Shown here: positions 1 to 12,490 of the stretch, in pieces
Numbering within the stretch: the stretch's first letter is position 1
How the letters are laid out: each line of letters begins with the position of its first letter
Assembly (NCBI RefSeq): GCF_009914755.1
Contig: NC_060926.1
Source of the DNA: the human T2T-CHM13v2.0 reference genome, Homo sapiens
Length of the DNA: 64,000 nt
Reading direction: 5' to 3' (one strand)
Made by a program: the position numbers and the translations under genes
Notes under the pieces: model-generated
Database searches by the model: none
Seen by the model: only the letters and a program-made list of their open reading frames with translations
What the model was told of the DNA's origin: nothing

Positions 1-929
1 TAACCACATTACAATACATTAAGACTATGTTTATCTGAATCATGACGGCTGATATTTACTGAGGAAATTATGTCAGTGGACTTCCAGGGAGCCGAAGATG
101 GGTAAGCACAGCTTGGATGACCTTTGGGGTATGGGGTATAGACAAGGGTTTCCAGGTCTAGCTGAGTAGTTGTACCATGTACCCTCAAGGACCCTTTCAA
201 CCAGAGTCTACGAAGTTATTGCTAATCCTAAATTCTATGCATCATTACAAGTATTAGTAACATCAATCTACTTTTCTTCACTTAAAGATACATCCTTGAA
301 AATTACATTCTGGTAAATAAAGTCATATTTCCTTTTCAATTACTATGGTTCTACTACTTCAGGAGAATGTGTAGTCAATCACTTTGAGAAGCAAAGAACA
401 CTTTATTGGTATGAATAACCCCCTCATTTACCTATTTTTAAAATCCAGACATTTTTGACCCATTTGATTTATTTTCAAGCAACACACCCTCGAATTTGGA
501 AATACAGATTGTATATTTCCACAAGACTGTAAAATTATAAATTACAGAAATTGAAGAAAGGAGATTCCTCCCCCCACCCCAGGACTGTGACTAAGCCCAT
601 GAAATTTACTTAATAACCATAAATAAAACAATAGATTATCTTTTCATCCTCAATGTATCATTTCTAAGGTGTCATTACCTTTAATCTATCACAAAAAGTA
701 TAGGATCAACACAACATTGTTATTACTGCTGAAGCACTGGATCTGCAATTTTATACAATTCTGCCTGAATTGTAGTCAGCTGTCATAGCCAGCCAATAAG
801 AGCCATTAGGTCACTGGTAGGTATTATGTCCCTTTGATATGAACAGGGACATAATTACCCTGAAATTCTCAAAGAACATAGCTGACCTTGGACAGATATT
901 TTGTACAACTTGGTGCCTCCTTGCTTCTG

Positions 930-1400
930 TTTGCCTCTTCGGGTCCCACTACCATGCTTCTCACTATTCCGGATAGCCCATTCTCACTATTCTGTTGAAC
1001 TGACTCGAAGGGCTCCCTTGAGCACAGGCTTCCAGGTGGGTTCAGCAAATAGAATCAGCTGATCAAAGGGAAGGAGGAGAATGAGATAAGATATTTATTT
1101 ATATTACTGGCTGCCTCCCAGCATGGTGGCTTTGAACTAGCTGCACGCCTCAGCTGAAAGCTCCAGTACTTGTCAAGTAATCCTCTCCCTGTAACAGTTT
1201 GTCTCTCTCTGAGTTCCAGCAACCGCTTTTTCCCCTGTTCCACCAGGTTTAGTGATGTAATAGCTCTCTGTTGGCAACTATGCTCTGTTGCTTTTTTCAA
1301 ACCCTATCCACTCATTCTTAAATAGCCCATTATTAAACTCTCTTCAATTACCCATCTTGAATATGACATCTGTTTCCTGCCAAAGTCTTGAATAATTCAC
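930..1400 (+). mobile_element. ERVL solo LTR relic, LTR33-like
   Basis: The 3' end TAAATAGCCCATTATTAAACTCTCTTCAATTACCCATCTTGAATATGACATCTGTTTCCTGC matches my recall of the LTR33 terminus. The 5' boundary is approximate. Confidence 0.55.
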
Positions 1401-2259
1401 TTCTTATATGAAAATTTACAGCTTTGATCAATTTATAAGCTATATCTTATTGTAACACTGGGGTCTATGGCCAATTGCTCAAATTCTAATAACAGAACCA
1501 GGCCTTAACCATGGTAGGATAGATCAAGCTGGGAAAGGGTTAGAACAAATGTCCAGCAGATAGATTTCAAGATACAGCAAGTCTAGGAATTTTTTAAAGG
1601 GGGAATTGGACTAAGAGGCATGACTACCTCGCAAAGTGAAGCTACAGATATGTCCCACCCAGGATAAGAGTGTAAAGAACCATTAGTACAAGTGCCAAGT
1701 GCTGTTCCAATCTGGGGCAGGGCAGGTGATCAGCTTACGGCCTAATGAGAGGCATTTAATGGGGATCCAGGAGTACAGATGGTTGTCAGAGGCAGGTTTG
1801 TGATAACTCAACTGTGATGAGAACTTGAGTTCAGAGGCAGAAATCCACGCAGAAAATAAAATGCTGGAGAAAAACCTTCTAATATCACTGAGGAAGAAGC
1901 CCATAAGGCAAGGACTCAGTCACAAAGAACTGGACTGTCAGGCTCAGAATGAGACCAGATGTAAAAACCGACCAAACCAAATTAGTGGACACATATCCTT
2001 AAACTCCCTAAAACCATCTTCCTAGAGTCAGGAATGGAACTGAAATCTGGGGATGGACTGAGCTAGAAAGGTGGATGGGGTGGAGGAAGGGGGTTCAATA
2101 AATGCAGCTGTCAAGGTGAAAGGGATTCTTGGGTGGAATAACATGAAGTCTATTAAATACCATCCTGCCTAATCCTTCCTCAGGGATCTCATTTGGGGGA
2201 AAACATCTCCCCTCTCACCAAAAGGTGGAAGTTTAAGAAGAAAGGTTGTTTTCTACATG

Positions 2260-2460
2260 GCTATCATTTATTAAGAACTCACTATGTGCTAGGAACTGAG
2301 TTTTGCAAGCATCTTCTTATTATATCTATACAATAACTCTACAAGGTAGATACTACTATTACCTCTATTTTATGGACAAGGAAACTAAAGCTTGGAGAGG
2401 ATAAATCATTTTCACAAAGTCATGCAGAAAGTCGGTGGTGGAACTGGCATTCAACTCTGT
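2260..2460 (-). mobile_element. MIR SINE
   Basis: Reverse-strand MIR core: CATTTATT..ACTATGTGCTAGG..GGAAACTAAAGCTTGGAGAGGATAAATC..AAAGTCATGCAG. Confidence 0.75.
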
Positions 2461-2904
2461 GCTGAGACCACCCTCTCAACTACTAAGACACAGTCTCTGT
2501 GGCAACATAAAGAGTCAAAGGAAGACTGTGCATATCAGTCATCAGTAGAGTATATGTGAGTGGGTGGTGTGTGATGTGTGTATTTATCTAGACAAATAGC
2601 TGCATAGGTGTAAGCCCTTGGGGAGTTATGTTCTGCTGCACAGCACTCTCATATGTTATTGTTAGGACAATAATTTCATTGTTTTCAGACTGCAATGTTA
2701 TCTTTCTCCAGGAGAGAAGATTTGCCTGCCTTCTCACCAGTGGGAGCTGTGCCGGGTCCACTGCAGTATGACATTCAAAGTCATTCTAATTACCTCCCTT
2801 GCAATGCAATTCACCTTTTGGGTTCCCAGTCAAGGTGAGGAGAGGAGGTGAAGATGAGAGGAGAGGATATTTGTAACAAAATATTAGGTTTTCAAGAGCT
2901 TTCA

Positions 2905-3075
2905 CCTGCTTTTTAGCAGTAGAATCCTTTTGTAAATGCAATCATACTCAGAACCTCAATATACAAAGTTCATAAAATCAGAACCTTTCTTATCTAAGTT
3001 TTGAAAGCAGACCCAAAACACTGTCAGCTCGACTTTCTCCAGGTACTCTAAAGTTGTCAGTTAAAAAACACTGAT
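2905..3075. mobile_element. hAT-Charlie MITE relic (MER112-like)
   Basis: TTTTTAGCAGTAGAATCCTT..CAGAACCTCAATATACAAA..CAGTTAAAAAACACTG resembles the MITE body and terminus. Subfamily is uncertain. Confidence 0.4.
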
Positions 3076-3079
3076 CTTT

Positions 3080-3846
3080 TAGCAGTTTCTTATAAAGCTC
3101 AATGTAGTCTTACCATATGATCCAGAAATCGTGCTCCTGTTTACCTAAATGAGTTGAAAATTTATGTCCACACAAAAACCTGCACACAAATGTTAACAGG
3201 AGCTTTGTTGATAATTAGCAACAATTGGGAGCAAATAAGATGACCTTCAGTAGGTAACTGGATAAACAAACTGTGATACTAAATACATCCATACCATGCA
3301 ATGGTGTTCAGCAATAAAATGAAATGAGCTACAAAGCCATAAAAATACCTAGAGGAACCTCGAATGCATATTACTAAGTGAAAGAAGCCAGTCTGAAAAG
3401 GCTTCATACTGTATATGCCAACTATGTGACATTCTGAAGAAGGCAAAACTACAGAGACAATTAAAAGATCATTGGTTGCCAGGGGTTGGGAGGCAAGTGA
3501 ACATAATAAATAGGTGGAACATAGAGGATTTTTAAAGCAGTAACCCTATTCTGTAACATACTGTAATGGTGTATACCTGGCATTGTGCATTTGTCAAAAC
3601 CTACAGAATGTATAACACCAAGAGTAAACCCTAATGTAAGCTATGGATTTTAAAGATAATGTTAATATATCAAGATTGTTTCATCAATTGTAAAAACTGT
3701 ACCACACCAATGCAAAGTGTTAATGATAGGGGAAATGAAAGCAAGGAGAATGGGCGTATATGGGAGCTCTCTGCACTCTCTGCTCAATTTTTTTGTAAAG
3801 CCAAAACTGCTCTAAAATAATAAAGTTTATTAATTTTTTAAAAAAC
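3080..3846 (+). mobile_element. L1MC1/2-like LINE-1 3' end
   Basis: TTACCATATGATCCAG..CCACACAAAAACCTGCAC..CAAGAGTAAACCCTAATGTAAGCTATGG..AAAACTGCTCTAAAATAATAAAG is typical of the L1MC 3' UTR with poly(A) signal. Confidence 0.85.
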
Positions 3847-4014
3847 AATGATCTCAAGAAATACTGAGTGCTCAATAGGCTTAATAAATGCTTGTTCAAT
3901 AAAGTCACTGCTTCAGAATTAACCTTGGTTCATTTTGACACCAGACATCCCTATGAAAACTGGTTAGCACATTTTAGTGATGGTACAACAACATGCTTTG
4001 TCAGGTTTCATACA

Positions 4015-4846
<832 letters not shown>

Positions 4847-5124
4847 ACACATATAGGAAGTAGAAACAAGTCTTGGGCTACTGCCTTGCCTCTCTAGCCC
4901 AATGCAGGCCCCTCCCCAAGGAAGTACCTAAGCTCTCCCTTCCCTAATCCATGATCACCCCTCCATTCATGAACTTAAGCAGTATATTTTGGGAGACATA
5001 ATACACCAAAACAGTTCATCAGGATGTATTTTTCAAAGTAATGCTTAGGCAATTTCACTTAAAAAAAAAAAAAAAAACTTCCATCTCAATGGACTTTTTT
5101 ATTGGATAAAAACAGCTTGATATC

Positions 5125-5260
5125 CTGCAAAGAGTTTGTGCTTTGGAGTCAAACAGACTCTGCTTGAATCTCAACTCTGTCATTAGCCTGTGATTTGGAC
5201 AAGTCACTTAACCTGCGCTTCAGAATTCTTGACTGGGAAGTGATAAAATGATAATCATAC
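5125..5260 (+). mobile_element. MIR SINE fragment
   Basis: GCTTTGGAGTCAAACAGAC..TTGAATCTCAACTCTGTCA..TTGGACAAGTCACTTAACC. Confidence 0.65.
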
Positions 5261-5836
5261 ACACAAAAAACAAAATACTACTTATATGAACACAAAAATG
5301 ACAATGATAACTATGTTTTCAACAAAACAAGCACAGGAAGAAGTGTTCAGTTGCTCCCCATTTTGTTTTCAGTGACATTCATTGAACACGTGCTATGCCA
5401 GGACCTCTAAGTAAATCACATGTGTGGGAGATTGCAACAGGAGGAGTGGAAATGGGTAAATAGATGAAAGAGGCAGTCTATAATCTATCTACCCATGTAG
5501 TTTCCCACTTAAAAAAAAAAAAAAGAAGAAGCACTAACATTAGATAACACAGGAATGTAGGTCTGGGCCCCTACATTGCAAACTCAAAACCTGTCCACAT
5601 CTGATATTTCTGAAAGTGCCTCTAATCCTAGTAAGTCACCAGCCTCTGCATATTCAAGATGTTTTCTGTTTCAAATTCATTGATGAACAAAGCAAATAGC
5701 CTCATGGCAGAACTGGATCAATACCTCATATCTCTGTCTGGAAAACTGAGAAGGTAACCCTCTATTGTTCAGAGTAATAATTGCATTTAACACTTCAATC
5801 TGGACATGGACGCCACCACAACGATCCTGGCTAATT

Positions 5837-5908
5837 CACCTGCAGAGGGTGCTACACCTGGAGAGGGTGCTACACCTGCAGAGGATGCTACACCTGCAGA
5901 GGATGCTG
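5837..5908 (+). repeat. Minisatellite, 4 x 18 bp (CACCTG[C/G]AGAGG[G/A]TGCT[A/G])
   Basis: Four directly visible tandem units start at 5837, 5855, 5873 and 5891. Confidence 0.95.
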
Positions 5909-5984
5909 GCAAAAGGTGGCTCTAACAAAAATGATGAGATTTCTCTTTCCTAAGAGATATGTAAACCACTACACAATATTAAAA

Positions 5985-6362
5985 TTGGGAAATGTCATTG
6001 ATTCACTTTAAAATAACAATAATAAATCCACTACATGTTAATATAAACAGCATATTTTATGTAAAATATTACATCTTTCAAAACAAAACAAAGTTTAGCA
6101 AGAGTAATGGGATTGTTTTTCATTGCAAATCCCTTTAACATGTGGCTTCATAAAAGCCAGCCAAATTCTCATACCTGCTCCTACAAACTGTTGTGTATCA
6201 CATGTCATGTCATTGGAAAACTCCACTGTACGCCAGGAGAGAATAACAGTGAGAAAGACAGATAATGTCCTAGTGTGATAATGAAAATAGTTCTGAGCCT
6301 ACAGACCCCAAAAACTACTTGGCATCCCAAGGGTTCCTCAGACCATACTGGGAAAACCCCTG
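5985..6362. mobile_element. hAT-Charlie DNA transposon relic (Charlie1/MER119-like)
   Basis: GCAAATCCCTTTAACATGTGGCTT..ATGAAAATAGTTCTGAGCC..CAGACCATACTGGGAAAACCCCTG terminus. Confidence 0.65.
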
Positions 6363-7163
6363 CTTTAGAGTCACACCTGGAGTTTGACAATAATCATAAC
6401 CATGTGCGCAAGTGTGTGTGTGTGTGCATGCGCGTGTGTGCGTAAAAACTGAGAACCAAAGCGAATACAGAATGGGGGTCTAAAAGCTTCTTAACATTGC
6501 TCCAAGGAAAGTAGATTTTTAAGTCTTCATGTTTCTGACATCACTTTTCACATTAATGGGGCGTTATGCTAATTTGTCCCAGCAGCTCTGCCAAACCACC
6601 ATTACCTCCTACACTCCTTAGCTGCACTCTGTTTGTGCCCTTCATGTCCTTGTCTGCCAATTAACTAGGCCTGTTAGTCTGCTGCAAGCAAAACGCGCCA
6701 GAGCAGCAGCCCAGACAATAAGCCGCTGTTGCCTAAGGAAACCATTTAGAATGGCTGTGTTGAGGGCATCCCAGACTTTTTTGGTTTTGTCTGATGGCTC
6801 AATATCAGTTTGTTCATTGTTATTCCAAACACACAGACTATTATCATCCCAAAGTGACCAGTGATATTACTCAGTTAACAGATCAGCCAGGGAAGGCTGA
6901 GCCATCCCTCTGCAAAGCACCAGGAAAGTGCAGGTTGGGGGACAGTGAAGCCTCCAGGCCTCCAACACTGCAGACATGCGACATGCTCTCTCAGACTGCC
7001 GAGAAGGCATTTCTCAGATCTTTCGCTGACGTGATGGAAAATGAATACATCTTGGATTGAACATTTGTGAAAAATATTATGGTTTACAAAAACTATCATT
7101 TCAGCCCACACAAATTGAGCTGTCCCTGTGTTTCAGGCTTTATTTTAGGTATTTGCTATCTTA

Positions 7164-7345
7164 GAAAGAGCACTCAGTTGGGGATGCCAGATATCTGGGA
7201 TCTGGTTCCCAGGCTGCATCTAACTAGCCGCGTGTCCCTGGACAAATCACCTAACCTCTCTAATCCTGTTTCTACCTAGGTAAACATGGGGACACTAAAA
7301 CAAATGAACTCTAATGACCTTTCCATTGTAAAATTCTATGATCCT
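7164..7345 (+). mobile_element. MIR3 SINE
   Basis: GAAAGAGCAC..CTGGACAAATCACCTAACCTCTC..TCTAATGACCTTTCC..AAAATTCTATGAT tail. Confidence 0.65.
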
Positions 7346-8749
7346 AAAGGCTGGCGTAACCTGTAAGTACATAAGCAGAGGAAAACACATTTGTAGATAT
7401 ATGAAGAAGGAAGAACGTGGGGCAAATTTCTCTAATAACAGGACCCTTTCAAGGGAATGGTTGCCCACCAGTGGAATGGAAGTGTTAACAGATGATGCAG
7501 ACACTATCTAGAAATGCTTCCAGAACCTCAGGAGCTGGGGGTCATGCACATTCCCCACCTGCACCAGGTATGGCTGCTTTTCAGGGACTCTGCCCTTTGC
7601 TGTTCAGGATCTCATTATTCCCAGGGCTCCAGAGGGAACACACAAAGCTCCCCCCCACTGTGATGCTGAGCATATGGCCTGGCTCAAAAAGGGCTCTTCT
7701 GCACAGAGAAATAGGATGTGTCACAGAGACAAAAACACCTGGCTGTAGCCCAGATTCTCAATGGAATTATCCTTATCCTTGAAACATGTGAGCACAGCTA
7801 ATGTTAAGCCTTCAGCTAAACGTGAAAATGGTAACAGTCAAGACCATATTCCCCTGAATGACACTTCCCCCTCCTCCTCAGCTCTGCCACATGCTCACAT
7901 GAAATATCAAATTGCTTGCAGCTCATATTGAATAATGAATATGCCCGCCTCAGCCTATCACCAAGCCTTCAGCAGTTCGCCTGGGGAACTGGGAGAGATG
8001 TTAGAGGTTTGCAGGCCAAGCACAAAATTGAAGACAAGCCTGAATTAATAATTTGCTTATTTCTATACATGTGCTTCAAAATAAAGTGCAAATTGAATAA
8101 GGTAATAACAGAGCTTGGGGGGAAAAAATGCCTTCCTCTTGCTTGCAAACTGCTGACACTTCAATTTCATTATCTCTCACCACCCTCAATGTGATTTGCA
8201 AATGTGTTCTCCCTATGTCATCATGTGGAAATGTTCAGGAAGAGCCAAAAATGAATGGAAAACAATTCCATGGAACTGCAGGAAAAAAGAAAATAAACCT
8301 CTCATTTTCAGCTCATTTTTTAGAGCACGGTTTCTTAAAATTGTGCTCCATGGACCTCTGCATCTGAATCACCTGAGCATTCCATGGAAATTCCAGGGAA
8401 ACCTCATATATTGTGTATGCCCAGTTACTTCAGCTTTTTCCTGCATTGACACAAAATCTCCATCACGTGCCTGTCAATCAGAACAGCACACTTACCTCTG
8501 GAGCCATGTTTTTTGAACTAGCATCTTTAAGCACATTTGTCCCTTTACATTTTTACCTAAAAATGTAGACATCCTTCCCCTTGTGTTTTTAATCATTGTC
8601 TCCCTTATGTCATATTCAGGCACTTATAGAAGAATGAAAACAATTTAAGTTTGAATCCAGCACCAACATCTTTCCCCATAAGGGCCATTTTCTGTGGTCT
8701 GAAGACTTCAGGGGAGAAATATTTTTAACGTAGAGAGATGGGTATAGTA

Positions 8750-8750
<1 letters not shown>

Positions 8751-8800
<50 letters not shown>
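8751..8800 (+). repeat. (AC)17(AG)8 compound microsatellite
   Basis: Seen directly. Confidence 0.97.
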
Positions 8801-8801
<1 letters not shown>

Positions 8802-9179
8802 TATTTAAATCGCAATTTTTTTTATTTTTTGTGGTATATATTTAAGTATACAACATGTTTTCATAGACTCAAAATATTGAAGAAACTGCATCTCAAACAA
8901 ACCTCAAAGAGGAATAAGCTAAAGACTTTCCCTATTCCCCAGTTTCCTTGGAATGGCATCCTCTGTGAACAGTGTGGAGCAGCTCTGAGGAGCCGTCTCT
9001 CCCAACTGTGATGGACAGTACCACGCAAAGATCACCCAGGGGTAAGAGCAGAAAATTATCCCTTTTATTCATGTTTTTCCCTAGCAAAAGTGCTTCCACT
9101 CCTCCTCTCACTGCCCATCTTCTTCACCTGCCCACTTTTCCTGTCAGTCCTCTGCAAACCTTCCTGATTCCTTAAGATT

Positions 9180-9385
9180 GGGTTGTTTCCTCTGTGCATG
9201 CTCCCATAGCACTTACTATTCTGGATTAAAACTGTATAATAATTTGTCTATAATTTCACTAAAGCATAAGCTCCTGTAACATAGAAATTCCAATTAGTTG
9301 GGTTTTGCATCCCCAACACCTTCTGTTCATTACTTGGCATAAAATAGGAACAAATAATTGATTGAACGAATGAGTGAGTAAATGG
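9180..9385 (+). mobile_element. L2 3' end
   Basis: CTTGGCATAAAATAGG..AAATAATTGATTGAACGAATGAGTGAG, the typical L2 terminus. Confidence 0.6.
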
Positions 9386-10361
9386 GTGCAATTATATAAG
9401 CCCAACTCATTATGCAGAGGAAGGAAGAAGAGGCAAGTAGAGGAAATAAAAATTATGGACCTAAAGATTAACAATGGAATATTAGGTCTCCCACGTCTGG
9501 GTTACTAGTTTGCATTTGGTAGGCAACTTATGAAAACTGAAATCGATAAGTGCCTATTTGGTCATGAGTATCAATACCACTTCCACATGCCAGCACCCAA
9601 AGCCAGAAGAAATGGAAAATCGCTATTGTCCATTTTAATTATCAATAACCCCTAAGACATTTGGTTGGACCACATAGGTTAACAATCAATCATCTTCCCT
9701 CTAGAGGCAGCCTAAGCATCTCTGGCAATTGCAATCCATGAAACCCAAACAAAACGATGTCTCTGAGGATGCTGATCTTGCATTGCCTTTTATCTTCCAT
9801 TTGGGGTGCAGGAAAGGACAAAGATTAGGAAGATGACCTAGCAAGGTCAATCACAGCCAACTTCCTCCTTCCTCCTCTACAGGGCGGCCTCTTATATCTG
9901 TAAATTAGAAATTGATAGAGATGAGAGTGTATAATATAATCTTAGAGAGGTCTCAAGAAGTAGAAGGAAAAACAAAGTAGATTTCCTATAGATCATGATA
10001 TAGTACAAGTTACTGGTCAGGACCAATATGAAGTTCCCAGAAGGAAAAATGAAGAGAAATAAAGAAAAACATCTCCACTTGAAGGTTTCCAGGGCATCTC
10101 AAACAACTCCCCACATACAAAACTGAATTTTTACCCCTTCCTTTAGAAATCTGCTTTTCCTCTAGTGTTCATCATCTTAGTTAATGGCACTAGTATTCAA
10201 CCTGTTATCCAAATTACAAATTTGAGGCTTATTATTAACTTGTCCTCTCTATCATCATTCCATCTAATCAACCACCAAGAACTACTGTTTCAAGTTTCTA
10301 AATATCTTTCTTCATTTCTGTTGCTGGTATCTTATTCCATCATTACCTATCATCTACATTC

Positions 10362-11370
10362 TGTATTACTTAGGTTAAATAGCATTTGCTACTTTGACAA
10401 AGAAGCTCAAAATCTAGGTGAATTCACACAATAAAAATTTACTTCTTGACCCAGCAGAGTTCAATGAGAGTTGGTGGTGGGACTCCTATTGCAAACAATT
10501 GTTCAGGGACCCAGCCTCTTTCTATCCTGTTGCTTTGCCATCTTCTAGGGCATCTGAGTCCTCTACTGAGTCTACTACTTCTGTCTAGCAGATGAGGGAA
10601 GAGAGAAGACGGAAGGTAGCCAAGCTTGGGAGTGGCAAACATCACATCCACTCTCTCTTTATTATTATTATTATTATTATACTTTAAGTTTTAGGGTACA
10701 TGTGCATAACGTGCAGGTTTGTTACATATGTATACATGTGCCACGTTGGTGTGCTGCACCCATTAACTCATCATTTAGCATTAGGTATATCTCCTAATGC
10801 TATCCCTCCCCCCTCCCCCCATCCCACAACAGTCCCCGGTGTGTGATGGTCCCCTTCCTGTGTCCATGTGTTGTCATTGTTCAATTCCCACCTATGAGTG
10901 AGAACATGCAGTGTTTGGTTTTTTGTCCTTGTGATAGTTTGCTGAGAATGATGGTTTCCAGCTTTATCCATGTCCCTACAAAGGACATGAACTCATCATT
11001 TTTTATGGCTGCATAGTATTCCATGGTGTACATGTGCCACATTTTCTTAATCCAGTCTATCATTGTTGGACATTTGGGTTGGTTCCAAGTCTTTGCTATT
11101 GTGAATAGTGCCACAGTAAACATACTTGTGCATGTGTCTTTATAGCAGCATGATTTATAATCCTTTGGGTATATACCCAGTAATGGGATGGCTGGGTCAA
11201 ATGGTATTTCTAGTTCTAGATCCCAGAGGAATCGCCACTCTCATTCCATTAGCTAGGACTCTGTCACATGGTTTCACCAAATTGTGCAAAGGCTGAAGAA
11301 GTATCCAAATCTGGGCCAGGAAGAAAAAACAAGCATAGTTATTGGTTAAGTTTAGCATTATCTGCCCACA
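10362..11370 (-). mobile_element. MLT1J/I-like MaLR LTR, interrupted by an L1PA
   Basis: TGTATTACTTAGG..TTCAGGGACCCAG..GGGAGTGGCAAACATCAC[L1]CATTCCATTAGCTAGGACT..GTCACATGG..CCACA. Confidence 0.65.
10656..11238 (-). mobile_element. Young 5'-truncated L1PA (L1PA3-5-like) 3' end
   Basis: Near-consensus 3' UTR with a (TTA)n tail. ORF 10881..11123 gives the ORF2 C-terminus (AKTWNQPKCPTMIDWIKKMW). CCACTCTC on both flanks is the TSD. Confidence 0.95.
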
Positions 11371-11528
11371 GACCTCCTCACAGCTGCTCTTGTCCTAAAC
11401 ACCCTACTCCAAACCATTCTTTACCTGCAGACAGAAAGGGGAAAAATTCTGATCACATCACTGTATGGCTTAGAACCCTACAATGGCTGCCATTCCTCTT
11501 GGGATAAACACCAAAATCCTCTTCATGG

Positions 11529-12193
11529 TGTATCAGTCAGGGTTTCATCAGATTAGAGGAACCACCATGATAAACAACAAAGGATTTATTAGAGGGAGTA
11601 GACCTTACACAATTGTGAGAGCTGTTGGAGCAGTCCCTGTTGGCCATTGCCTCTGCATCTAGTTCCAAGCCTAAAGTTATCATAGATCAACCAGACTAGT
11701 GATCAGAAGGCAAGCTGGATGTGGACAGGGACAAGAACAGATTGGAACCCATTTGAATGGAGATACAAATGAATGAGGATCCACAAAGACAACTGGAAAC
11801 TGTGAGGACAAACTGGAACCTGCATTTGTTTTTCACCATGTTCAACCTCAACCATAGGCATGGAGCTGCCTGTGCACTTGGCTCAGGACTCGAAGAAGCT
11901 GAAGGAGGAGATCTGGTGGGAGGTGGGAGAGCAGCAGATCCAGGTGCTTCCCACTGCTCCCCAGCCAGCAAGGTGAACTTACAGATCTCGGACAGCATTG
12001 TGAACTGCCACAGCACCTGGAGCTTTGCACCAATGCCTGAGCATGAAAAGCATGGCTGTTGCAACACTCCTGCTTTCCAAGTCTCCCATGAAATGTCTCT
12101 TGTGATCCATACTAACCCAGAGCCATACGAGGATGGGAATTCTGGAAAATATGACACAGATCAACTAAGTGGGGAAAGTCCAAAACCACCACA
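11529..12193 (-). mobile_element. ERVL solo LTR (LTR50/LTR40-like)
   Basis: TG...CA termini (TGTATCAGTCAGGG...ACCACCACA), the GGGAATTCTGGAAAAT motif, and a 5-bp TSD CATGG/TATGG. Confidence 0.7.
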
Positions 12194-12438
12194 TATGGTC
12201 CAGAAGACCTGCCATGATATGGCCTCTGTCTTTACTTCTCCAGCCTTGTCTGAGTGAACTTCCCCTCTTTTCCATTCTTTAAAGGTCACTCCCCTAGAAA
12301 GGATTTCTTGACCAAAATACTCAGTGCACTTTTAATTGCTTGTTCAAGTCTAGCCTTACCATTAGACTACAAGCTTCAAAAGGGCAAGGACCATGTGCAC
12401 AGTATGCATTAATATGTCTTAGCCTGGAGCATGGTGCC

Positions 12439-12490
12439 TGCTATTAAAAGTAATTTCAAAAACTGCAATTACTTTTGCACCAACCTAATA
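12439..12490. mobile_element. Truncated MADE1 (Hsmar1-derived MITE)
   Basis: ATTAAAAGTAATTTCAAAAACTGCAATTACTTTTGCACCAACCTAA followed by TA: one complete terminal inverted repeat plus the spacer. Confidence 0.9.

Noticed and set aside
5765-5953. ORF with repeated LHLQR(V/M) peptide, or a CRISPR-like array
   Set aside because: It is the translation of an 18-bp tandem repeat with no spacers, in eukaryotic DNA.
11696-12257. Longest ORFs in the track (166 aa plus strand, 153 aa minus strand)
   Set aside because: They lie in a solo LTR and adjoining L2, overlap on both strands and show no recognisable protein similarity.
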